64,000 bases of DNA, from NCBI GenBank assembly GCA_002269645.1, contig NIVC01001346.1, forward strand, positions 124,001 through 188,000. The letters are read 5' to 3'. Origin of the DNA: Macrostomum lignano (taxonomy: Eukaryota). The position numbers and the translations under genes are program-made. The notes beneath the pieces are model-generated. The model searched no databases. It had not been told where the DNA came from and saw nothing but the letters and a program-made list of their open reading frames with translations. This document shows positions 26,087 to 38,000 of this stretch, piece by piece. Numbering within the stretch: the first letter of the stretch is position 1; the number at the start of each line of letters is the position of its first letter.

Positions 26087-29000
26087 TCATCGTTTCCCTC
26101 CATCGCTCTGCCGCCTGACGGCGCCGCGCACTAGCAGCTGCTTGTAGGCCTCCCAGTTGACCCTCTCCTGCAGCCGTGTCTGCAGCTGCGCCCGGCTGGG
26201 ATAGTGAGTCACCCGGTTGCGCAACCGGTCCAGCAGCTGGCGAGGCGAATGCTCGAGAAAGAACGCTTTGTCTAGCAGCAGGCACTCGGCGCCGTTGCTA
26301 ACCACGCACAGGCTGGGCTGGTCGGGTTTGAACAGGTCCTGCAGGCCGAACACCGCGCCCCGCGTCAGGGTCTGCATGTGCACGAACTCCGGCTGGTGGG
26401 TGAGCTCCTGCGGGTGGCCAGAAATTGGCATTTTGAGCATCCGCTTAGCAACTAAAGCAGAAATCCCCTGGCTGGAAAACCCTCTGTTGCTGGGAATCCC
26501 CTGACCGTCAATCCCCCATCTCCTTGGAATCTCCTGGCCTGCAATCCTTCTGTTGCTGGGAATCCCCTAGCTGGAAATTCTCCTGTTCGCTGGGAATCCC
26601 CTAGCTGGCAATTTTCTTGTTGCTGGGAATCCCTAGCTGGCAATCATACCACTTCTGGGAATCCCTAGCTGGCAATTCTCCAGTTGCTGGAAATCCCCTA
26701 GCTGGCAATCGTACTACTTCTGGGAATCCCTAGCTGGCAATCGTACTACTTCTGGGAATCCCTAGCTGGCAATCGTACTACTTCTGGGAATCCCCTAGCT
26801 GGCATTCGTACTGCAGCTAGGAATCGAGTGACTCACTTTTATAAACTGACGGCTTCAAAGTAAGACAGCGTTACTTTGCTCACCACTTGCCCAGCATCCA
26901 GATCGTCATAGAATGTCTTTCGTCCCATTTTGACTCCACCATTTTTTCCGCTACCAGTAGTTTTGCTGCTGTCTGCCGAACCGATCGCTGAGTCTGCTCC
27001 TTAATGGCAGGCATGAACTTGTGTTAAAATTTCGAGGCTATTTCCCCGCATGGTTTTTCGAAAAGCTTATTAACTTACTTGACTGTGCTGAAGTTCGATT
27101 GCTGGGCTGAAGAGAAAAAAAAGAGTTAACGTTGCCATGAAAAGCGAAATAATCTAGTTGAATCATCTCTTGACAGGAATTGCTTGAAGAAGACGGGAGA
27201 CGCTTGAAGAAGACAGATGACGTTTTAAGACAGAAGGCGCTTAAAGAAGACAGAGGGCGCTTAACAGTAGAAAGACCATGGTAGGTGTATTTCAAATACA
27301 CACATTTTTCTTTTGTCTGGATCTCCAAAAATATTCAACCAATTGCCATCAAAATCCAGAACACGGGCTAAATTTTTTCGCTCTTTTCGATGAAGCAACT
27401 CCGAGAATCACGAAAAATCGGCATCGTCGAGATATTCAACGATTCTCCTCGGGGTGTCCGGTGGCAAAAACCACCAACATTGGCAAATTTTTTCTGTTCA
27501 CAAAATCTCATCATGAAACCACGTCGGCTCAGGAAACTATGCATATCAGTCGTAAAGGTCTTTGTTCTCAGCATCCCAGGAACTAGGGTCCCCTTCATTA
27601 CCGTCTGGAGCATCGGCGGCGACCGTCAGGACCTTCAACAAAAGCACCCGATCGGCATCGCAGAGACGGCTGCGTTCCCAAAACTGAAATGGAAGAATCC
27701 TCTTCTGCATGCAGCATTCAGTCAGTAGACATAATCGATACATAATCATATTATACAATGGTCCTGAACCATGTTCAGCATTCAGCTCTGTCTACTTTGC
27801 AGACATGCCTGGTTTGGTGCCTTGATAGAAAATTCACGATGTTGGGGGTGCCAGCTAGTCGGGGCCGCGTGGTGGCACTCCGTTGAAGGTCCCGAAGGTC
27901 GCTTGTATGTCTACAGGTCAACCTAGAGGGTCGCCGTCGTCCATTTCATTCGCCGATTATGTCTACTGACTGAATGCTGCATGCAGAAGAGGATTCTTCC
28001 ATTTCAGTTTTGGGAACGCAGCCGTCTCTGCGATGCCGATCGGGTGCTTTTGTTGAAGGTCCTGACGGTCGCCGCCGATGCTCCAGACGGTAATGAAGGG
28101 GACCCTAGTTCCTGGGATGCTGAGAAGAAAGGCCTCTCCGACAGATGGACCCAGATTATTGAGCCAATATGGATTCACCATAAAGGTTTATATAGTGTAT
28201 AGTGTTGGTTGTCCTTGCCACCAGTGTCTTCGACAAGAATCGTTGAATATCTCGACGATGCTGACGTCGGATGACTTTGAAAGTTAATTCGTTGGAAAGA
28301 GGGGGAAATTTTGATCCAAATGGTGGACTTTTACGAAAATCGGTAATTCGGTTTGCGAGCTATGGTGAAATTGGTTGTGTGTATTTGTAATACACCCCCA
28401 TGGTCTTTCCCCATGGGGAAAAATAGCGTGGTCTTTCTACTGTTAAAGAAGACAGGGGTTGCTTAAAGAAAAAAGCTGAGTCGCTTGAAGAAGACAGGGG
28501 CGCTTAAAGAAGACAGGGATCGCTTAAAGGACAGGGGGCGCTTAAAGAAGACAGGGGCGCTTAAAGAAGACAGGGATCGCTTAAAGGACAGGGGGTGCTT
28601 AAAGAAGACAGGGGGGCGCTTAAAGAAGACAGGGGCGCTTAAAGAAGACAGGGATCACTTAAAGGACAGGGGGTGCTTAAAGAAGACAGGGATCGCTTAA
28701 AGGACAGGGGGCGCTTAAAGGACAGGGGCGCTTAAAGAAGACAGGGGGCGCTTTAAAAAGACAGGGGGCGCTAAAAGAAGACAGGGGGGCGCTTAAAGAA
28801 GACAGGGGCGCTTAAAGAAGACAGGGGCGCTTAAAGAAGACAGGGATCGCTTAAAGGACAGGGGGTGCTTAAAGAAGACAGGGATCGCTTAAAGGACAGG
28901 GGGCGCTTAAAGGACAGGGGCGCTTAAAGGACAGGGGCGCTTAAAGAAGACAGGGATCGCTTAAAGGACAGGGGGCGCTTAAAGGACAGGGGCGCTTAAA

Positions 29001-32000
29001 GAAGACAGGGGGCGCTTAAAGGACAGGGGGCGCTTAAAGAAGACAGGGGGCGCTTTAAAAAGGGGCGCTTAAAGAAGACAGGGATCGCTTAAAGGACAGG
29101 GGGTGCTTAAAGAAGACAGGGATCGCTTAAAGGACAGGGGCGCTTAAAGGACAGGGGCGCTTAAAGAAGACAGGGATCGCTTAAAGGACAGGGGGCGCTT
29201 AAAGGACAGGGGCGCTTAAAGAAGACAGGGGCGCTTAAAGAAGACAGGGGCGCTTAAAGAAGACAGGGATCGCTTAAAGGACAGGGGGCGCTTAAAGAAG
29301 ACAGGGGGGCGCTTAAAGAAGACAGGGGCGCTTAAAGAAGACAGGGATCGCTTAAAGGACAGGGGGTGCTTAAAGAAGACAGGGATCGCTTAAAGGACAG
29401 GGGGTGCTTAAAGAAGACAGGGGGCGCTTAAAGGACAGGGGCGCTTAAAGAAGACAGGGGCGCTTAAAAAAGACAGGGGTCGCTTAAAGAAGACAGGGGT
29501 CGCTTAAAGAAGACAGAGGCACAGAAGACAGCCAAAAACACAGGGAGAAAAGTTCTCTAAACGCTCACCGTGGCTTGCCGATAAGCCGGCAGAGTCTGCC
29601 GATTTCGACTCAGTCGGTCTGTCGGTAGTGACGTCAGCGGCCGCTGAGGCAACAGGACGGCGGGCGCCTCTGGCAGCGTCGACATCGACATCATAGTCGC
29701 CGGCTCCGAATCTTCCGCCGCGCTGGAAGTTCCGCTAGTCGATAGTCGGCGCCGAGGATAGGGCGCTGAATTGGCGCCGATGCCAGCTGGCGAGTAGACG
29801 CCCGAGCTGTCGTAGAAAGCGTCCAGCCAGACAGACGAAGTCACGTCGCTATCTGCATCCTCTTGGTCCCCGGCCGCAAGCAGACGATGCCGCTGCAGCG
29901 ATGATGTAGTCGCTGACGACTGCAGGGCGCCCGACTGGCCCGTTACCTGCGATGTCACCCGGTTCAGGACCAGCAGCACCCGTGCGCTGCCCTGTGGGAG
30001 TGCAGCGGAGGCGGGTACAGCTTTGCGCTTGCTTGGAGGACGTGATATATTATGCTGTGCATGCGCCCACCTGCCCTCCCTGATCTCTCTTCTACGTCCC
30101 TGATCCCTCTCTACCCCCTGATCCCCCTCAACCCTCCCTGATCCCCCTCAACCCTCCCTGATCCCCTTCAACCCTCCCTGATTCCCCTCAACCCTCCCTG
30201 ATTCCTCTCAACCCTCTCTGATCCCTCTCGACTGGCTTCTCTACCCTCCCTGATCCCTCTCTACCCTCCCTGATCCCTCTCTACCCTCCCTGATCCCTCT
30301 CTACCCTCCCTGATCCCTCTCTACACTCCCTGATCCCTCTCTACACTCCCTGATCCCTCTCTACACTCCCTGATCCCTCACTACCCTCCCTGATTCCTTT
30401 GCTACCCTCCCTGATCCCTCTCTTCACTATGGTCTGTCTCTACCATGGCTCTCCCCCACCCCGATCCCTCTACTTTGGCGAGTATATCTATTTCGCGACA
30501 GTAGTACACTCACAGATTTTAATATATAAATCCATTTGGATTTGCTGCTGTTTTTAATCATAACTGATGAGCGTCTGAAAAAATATTTAAATGCAATATC
30601 AGGCTGCATTGTACAACAGTTTGTATTAAAATAAACAAGATCCTATTGACTAATCTTACTTAAAGTAGCAAAACAGGAATTTATCGTGCTGAAGTTGGAG
30701 GTACTCCTTTGGCCAACCGCGAAGGAAATCAAGGCTTCTGAAATATTATTTTAAAGTACAAAGAGTACTTTTGATATACAATTCTTTTACTATTATTTAG
30801 CAAAAAAATAATTTTGAAGCCATAGTTACAGTAGTAGTGACTCACTCGATGAACTGGTTATGATCGGGGTCTGTTAAGGTCTTCTGACCGCCCTGCATAA
30901 AAGTCGCTTCGTACGCCTGGAATCAACAAAAATAATATAATATAATAGTAAGCAGGTGGCTTTCATGTGTATCTTAGTAGGTGGCTTCATGGGTATCTTA
31001 GTAGGTGGCTTCATGGGTATCTTAGTAGGTGGCTTCATGGGTATCTTAGTAGGTGGCTTCATGGGTATCTTAGTAGATGGCTTCACGGGTATCTTAGTGG
31101 ATGGCTTCATGGGTATCTTAGTAGGTGGCTTCATGGGTATCTTAGTAGGTGGCTTCATGGGTATCTTAGTAGGTGGCTTCATGGGTATCTTAGTAGGTGG
31201 CTTCATGGGTATCTTAGTAGGTGGGTGGCTTCATGGGTATCTTAGTAGGTGGCTTCATGGGTATCTTAGTAGATGGCTTCATGGGTATCTTAGTAGGTGG
31301 CTTCATGGGTATCTTAGTAGATGGCTTCATGGGTATCTTATTAGATGGCTTCATGGGTATCTTATTAGATGGCTTCATGGATATCTTAGTAGATGGCTTC
31401 ATGGGTATCTTATTAGATGGCTTCATGGGTATCTTAGTAGGTGGCTTCATGGGTATCTTATTAGATGGCTTCATGGGTATCTTAGTAGATGGCTTCATGG
31501 GTATCTTAGGAAGGAGATGGCTTCATTGGTATCTTAGTACATGTAGATGTCATTTTCGTTGGTATCAAATTCGAACCCTAGTTACCCAGCCGTAACCATG
31601 GCAACTAGCTACTCACGTCGACACCGATGGACAGCAGGTCGCAGTCAGTCCTGCTGATCACTGTGCTCTGCCGGCGGCTCCGATTCATGATGGCCAGTTC
31701 GCCAAAGCTGTCGCCACGCTGCAGTTCTACAACTGTCTGAGCGGCCTCGGCTGCGGCATCCAGGACCGCCACCATCACTTGGAGTCGGGGGGTTTGGGGA
31801 AGAATTGTAGGTAAAAAAGAGCCGCAGAGGTATTCTTTATCAAGCTCCAATTCCAGGAAGTGCGGGCTAAACACTGCTAGAGCGGATGAATAGATGCGCC
31901 GACACTGGTTCAGTGGCGTTACCGACTGCTCTTCCCAATCACGTTTCTTTAGCAACAATGACAAAAAGTGGGTCAGGTACCGGATAGTACACACTTTGTG

Positions 32001-35000
32001 AGTAGCTCTTGACAGCGACCACAATGACCTTGACGAAATGCTAAATTTCAGAGCACCAACCCGTTCTAATGAATATGTGGAATCAATGAGCAGACGGAAG
32101 ACACAATAAGACCAGCAAATGGAAGTCGCTGCCTATGACTAGATGAAAGCAATTATCCCTTTCAACGATCAAATGGAAGCAATCCTCAATGACTAGACGG
32201 AAGCAACCCTTAATGACCAGATGGAAGCAACCCTCAATTTAATGACCAGACGGAAGCAACCCTTAATGACCAGACGGAAGCAACCTTCATTAAATAGATG
32301 GAAGCAACCCTCAATGACCAGATGGAAGTAACCCTCATTGACAAGACGGAAGGAACCCTCAATGACCAGATGGAAGCAACCCTCAATGACCAGATGGAAG
32401 CAACCCTCAATTTAATGACCAGACGGAAGCAACCCTTAATGAGCAGACGGAAGCAACCTTCATTAAATAGATGGAAGCAACCCTCAATGACAAGACGGAA
32501 GGAACCCTCAATGACCAAACGGAAGCAAACCTAAATGACCAGATCGAAGCAACCTTGAATGACCAAACGGAAGCAACCTTCAATGACCAGATCGAAGCAA
32601 CCCTCAATGACCAGATCGAAGCAACCCTCATTGACAAGACGGAAGGAACCCTCAATGACCAAACGGAAGCAAACCTAAATGACCAGATGGAAGCAACCCT
32701 CATTGACAAGCGGAAGCAACCCTCAATGTCCAGCTGGAAGCAACCTTGAATGACCAAACGGAAGCAACCTTCAATGACCAGATCGAAGCAACCCTCAATG
32801 ACCAGATGAAAGCAACCCTCGATGACCAGATCGAAGCAACCCTCAATGACCAGATGAAAGCAACCCTCGATGACCAGATCGAAGCAACCCTCAATGACCA
32901 GATGAAAGCAACCCTCGATGACTAGATCGAAGCAACCCTCAATGTCCAGATGGAAGCAACCTTGAATGACCAAACGGAAGCAACCTTCAATGACCAGATC
33001 GAAGCAACCCTCGATGACCAGATCGAAGCAACCCTCAATGACCAGATGAAAGCAACCCTCGATGACCAGATCGAAGCAACCCTCAATGACCAGATGAAAG
33101 CAACCCTCGATGACCAGATCGAAGCAACCCTCACTGACCAGATCGAAGCAACCCTCAATGACCAGATGAAAGCAACCTTCAATTTAATGACCAGACGGAA
33201 GCAACCTTCATTAAATAGATGGAAGCAACCCTCAATGACCAGATGGAAGCAAACCTAAATGACCAGATGGAAGCAACCTTCAATGACCAGATCGAAGCAA
33301 CCCTCAATGACCAGATGAAAGCAACCCTCGATGACCAGATCGAAGCAACCCTCGATGACCAGATGAAAGCAACCCTCGATGACCAGATCGAAGCAACCCT
33401 CAATGACCAGATGAAAGCAACCCTCGATGACCAGATCGAAGCAACCCTCAATGACCAGATGAAAGCAACCCTCGATGACTAGATCGAAGCAACCCTCAAT
33501 GTCCAGATGGAAGCAACCTTCAATGACCAAACGGAAGCAACCCTCAATGACCAGATGAAAGCAACCCTCGATGACCAGATGAAAGCAACCCTCAATGACC
33601 AGATGAAAGCAACCCTCGATGACCAGATGGAAGCAACCCTCGATGACCAGATCGAAGCAACCCTCGATGACCAGATCGAAGCAACCCTCAATGACCAGAT
33701 GAAAGCAACCCTCGATGACTAGATCGAAGCAACCCTCAATGTCTAGATGGAAGCAACCTTGAATGACCAAACGGAAGCAACCTTCAATGACCAGATCGAA
33801 GCAACCCTCAATGACCAGATGAAAGCAACCCTCGATGACTAGATCGAAGCAACCCTCAATGACCAGATGGAAGCAACTCAATGACCAGACGGAAGCTCCA
33901 ATTAGCGGCATAAAAGTTGAACTCACCAGTTCCGAACAGAATAAAATAAAAAGCCTGCGCCGGGTCCGACTGGCGCACAATAATTCGGCCCGGATTGAAG
34001 CTGCAAAGTTTAGAATTTATGTTCAAACTACACTACTTTAAAGGGAAGTAAAGTAAATAGCCACCAAAAAACATTTTGCTGCACCTTTCCAGCATGCCGT
34101 GGCGAGCCAAATTCCTTTGCATTCTGACGGGATAGTCGGCAATTTGCTGCACGCTGCGCAGGGCTATGACAGTCTAGATTCAGATGCATGGTATAGGTGG
34201 AGTTTAGCTCTTAAAACACTATTATTCGCTAAAAATCAGTGACAAGGAGTCGACACTATCTTAGTGACCATCTGACAGTAGTACAGTGTAGCCTACAATA
34301 ACAAGAGGGCCCTCGATGACTTCAGCCGCCTGATGGAAGCCACCTATGTACATTATAATGACCTGATTGAAGCCTCTATGATCTGATGGAATCTTCATTC
34401 TTCTAAGTGACCATGGTAGGTTGATCATTGTGAATGATGTAAATGAGCCGATGAAAGCGGCCAGACTCACATAGTTGACCTCCGCCTCGCTCCGGTCATC
34501 CCATCTCTTGCGCAGGATTCGTCTGGCCTCGGCCGGCAGCCGCATCTGCCTGTTGGCCCGAAACTCGCTTCGGTCGAAGTACACCCCGGCCAGGCCGCCG
34601 CCGCCAGCGCCGGACTCGCTGACGTTGGCGCCGTCAGTTCGAGCGATTGACTCCTGCTGCGAGTTGAAGGCGGAGCCCATCCTCTGGCTGGATGCATTTG
34701 AAATTGAGCTGCTAGTAATTTTGTTTGTTAACGTATGCAGTAACGACAGTTAAACAAAGTGTGGGGAAAATTCACTCCAATGCTTTAACAGCTCAAACTT
34801 TTTTCTAAGACAGATTGATAAGGATTGAACAAAGATTGATAAGGATTGAACAAGAATGGATAAGGAGTGAACAAAGATTGATAAAGATTCAACAAAGATA
34901 GATAACGATTGAACAAAGATAGATAGGGATTGAACAAAGATAGATTGAACAAGGATTAACAAGGATTGAACAAGGATTGATAAGGATTGAACAAGGATAG

Positions 35001-38000
35001 ATAGGGATTGAACAAAGATAGATGGGGATTGAACAAAGATAGATTGAACAAGGATTGACAAGGATTGAACAAGGATTGACAAGGATTGAACAAGGATTGA
35101 TAAGGATTGAACAAGGATAGATGGGGATTGAACAAAGATAGATCGAACAAGGATTGATAAAGATTGAACAAATAGTGATAAGGATTGAACAAAGATTGAT
35201 AGGGAAGAACAAGGATTGATAAGGATTGAACAAAGATAGATAGGGATTGAACAAGGATTGATAAAGATTGAACAAAGATAGACAAGGATTGAACAAAGAT
35301 AGATTGAACAAGGATTGATAAAGATTGAACAAATATTGATAAGGATTGAACAAAGATTGATAGGGATTGAACAAAGATAGATTGAACAAGGATTGATAAG
35401 GATTGAACAAAGATTGATAAAGATTGAACAAAGATATATAAGGATTGAACAAAGATTGATAGGGATCGAACAAGGATTGATAAGGATTGAACAAGAATGG
35501 ATAAGGAGTGAACAAAGATTGATAAAGATTCAACAAAGATAGATAACGATTGAACAAAGATAGATAGGGATTGAACAAAGATAGATTGAACAAGGATTGA
35601 CAAGGATTGAACAAGGATTGATAAGGATTGAACAAGGATAGATAGGGATTGAACAAAGATAGATCGAACAAGGATTGATAAAGATTGAACAAATATTGAT
35701 AAGGATTGAACAAAGATTAATAGGGATTGAACAAAGATATATAAGGATTGAACAAAGATTGATAGGGATCGAACAAGGATTGATAAGGATTGAACGACTA
35801 ACTCCAATTGGTTAGTCTAGAAATAAGGCATGACATTAACTAATTAAAATAAAATAACGATTGATATCCATCTATAATTCGAATGCTGGTACGAGGGGTG
35901 ATCAAAAAGTTTTGCAAGTGACCTCACAACTCTGTGCTACAGCAGCCGAGGCGTCTAATCAGTGTCACATTCCCTTAAAGTAGTTTCCACCACTATCTAT
36001 GCACCGTCGCATCCGTGTGCACCATGTCTGAAAGCAGTCATGGTACTCCAAAGTTGGTATACCCTGTAGAGCTGAATTTACCGCTTGGGCAAAGTCTTGC
36101 AAGCGTGAAAACGGCCTCCCAGAAATGACGGAAGCCAAAAATGCATATAAATATAGCAAACAGATATAGCCGCATATGTGTAAGTTTTTGGCTTTTTCTG
36201 ATTCTATAACTGAAAGCTATAACAAAAGGTTGCAGAACTTTTTGATCACCCCTCGTAGAGTCGCTCGCTTGGCGAGAAGAATAAATAGAAAGCTTAATAT
36301 CAACATTTGAATATGATTTCAATTTCTAACAACTTCAACGCGTTTCGCACGCCATGGTGCATCGTCAGGATTTTATTAGAACGATTTGAGAAATTGAGAT
36401 TGAAAGCGATTGATTAAATATTGGTTTTTGCAACGTACACAGGTAAGGAGGGTAAGATTGAAAACAATTGATTACAACTTGGCTTTAACAACATACATAG
36501 GTATAGTAGGTAGGAGAGAGAATTATAGATTGAGAATGAAAGTTAAACCAAATGTACACAATTCTTGTCCAGTGGTCAAAAGGCAGAATCAGGGGCGGTA
36601 GCTAGCTTAGGTAATTGAACGTCAAGCTAAGTGTACACAGCGTGCACTGAACAGTGGCGTTTTCTGAACAGTGAGTGACACAGTCGTGCACGCTGTGTAC
36701 ACTTAGCTTGACGTTCAATTACCTAAGCTAGCTACCGCCCCTGATTCTGCCTTTTGACCACTGGACAAGAATTGTGTACATTTGGTTTAACTTTCATTCT
36801 CAATCTATAATTCTCTCTCCTACCTACTATACCTATGTATGTTGTTAAAGCCAAGTTGTAATCAATTGTTTTCAATCTTACCCTCCTTACCTGTGTACGT
36901 TGCAAAAACCAATATTTAATCAATCGCTTTCAATCTCAATTTCTCAAATCGTTCTAATAAAATCCTGACGATGCACCATGGCGTGCGAAACGCGTTGAAG
37001 TTGTTAGAAATTGAAATCATATTCAAATGTTGATATTAAGCTTTCCATCTATAATTACTGATTTAGCGGTCGATATCGATTTAAAACGATTGAATAATTA
37101 TTAAGAATTATGATAAAAATAGGAGAATAGGAAAGTAATTTTTCAAAATTCCAAAAAAGGATTGGATCCTAATTGTACAGGATTGGATCCTAATTGTACA
37201 GGATTAGATCCTAATTGTACACTGAAAGTCGACGGCAAGAATGTTAACTATACTTACAAGCAATTAAGCCAGTGAAAAATCAGTCAATTAACGGATGGGC
37301 CTTCGTAGAAGCTAACTAAATGACTGGCAATCTTAACTACACTTTAGAATTAATTAACCTTAACTCAGCTGCCAGCTCAACTCACCAGGTGAGATAGTGC
37401 TTATCGCACAGCTTATAGGCCGTCACAACTAGCTTGAGAAAGAAGCGCAGCCGGAATCTCAGGTGAGCCTTCATCAAGTTTTTTGCAAAAAGGGGTTTGC
37501 TTTTGTAACGCGGTTGCTTGGCTGTAATTAGTTTAGCCTGTCCGACAGACTTAGAGAGTAATTAATGTAGAAGTCAGACAGGGACTTTAGATAAAAAACT
37601 TTTTGAACCGTTCGAATAAAAAATAATTCCCATGCTTAAAAAATGTTAAAAATTTTGCCGATTACCTGCAATTTTCTCACAAATTACTTATAATTCCCCT
37701 CCCCGATTCTCTAAAATTCCCCGCCCCGATTCTCTACAATTCCCCTTCCCGGATTCTCTACAATTCCCCTTCCAGATTCCCTACAATTCCCCTTCCAGAT
37801 TCCCTACAATTCCCCTCCCTGATTACCTACAATTCCCCTTCCAGATTCCCTACAATTCCCCTCCCTGATTCCCTACAATTCTCCTCCCCGATTGTCTACA
37901 ATTCCCCTCCCCGATTCCCTACAAATCCCCTTCTAGATTCCCTACAATTCCCCTTCCAGATTCCCTACAATTCCCTTCCCCGATTCTCTACAATTCCCCT

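Larger units (their letters stand above)
36288..37045. mobile_element. Perfect 758-bp palindrome (360-bp arms, 38-bp spacer); inverted Penelope-like pLTR pair
   Basis: Arms 36288-36647 and 36686-37045 are reverse complements (coordinate sum 73333; the identical ORFs 36410-36601 + and 36732-36923 - confirm this). Each arm carries a PLE-type hammerhead motif. Confidence 0.85.

Noticed and set aside
27368-28287. Duplicated ORFs ...SIPGTRVPFITVWSIGGDRQDLQQKHP... as a transposase
   Set aside because: No DDE or other recognisable motif; the duplication simply reflects the inverted arms.
30874-35807. Long repetitive ORFs (GGFMGILV, EATLNDQI, VQSLSIF, IEGCFHLV etc.), and likewise 18575-19129, 28485-28700, 39697-40537, 44643-45619
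   Set aside because: They are by-products of stop-free tandem units, often multiples of 3 bp. They lie inside introns defined by flanking exons, are open on both strands and break at unit-length variants.
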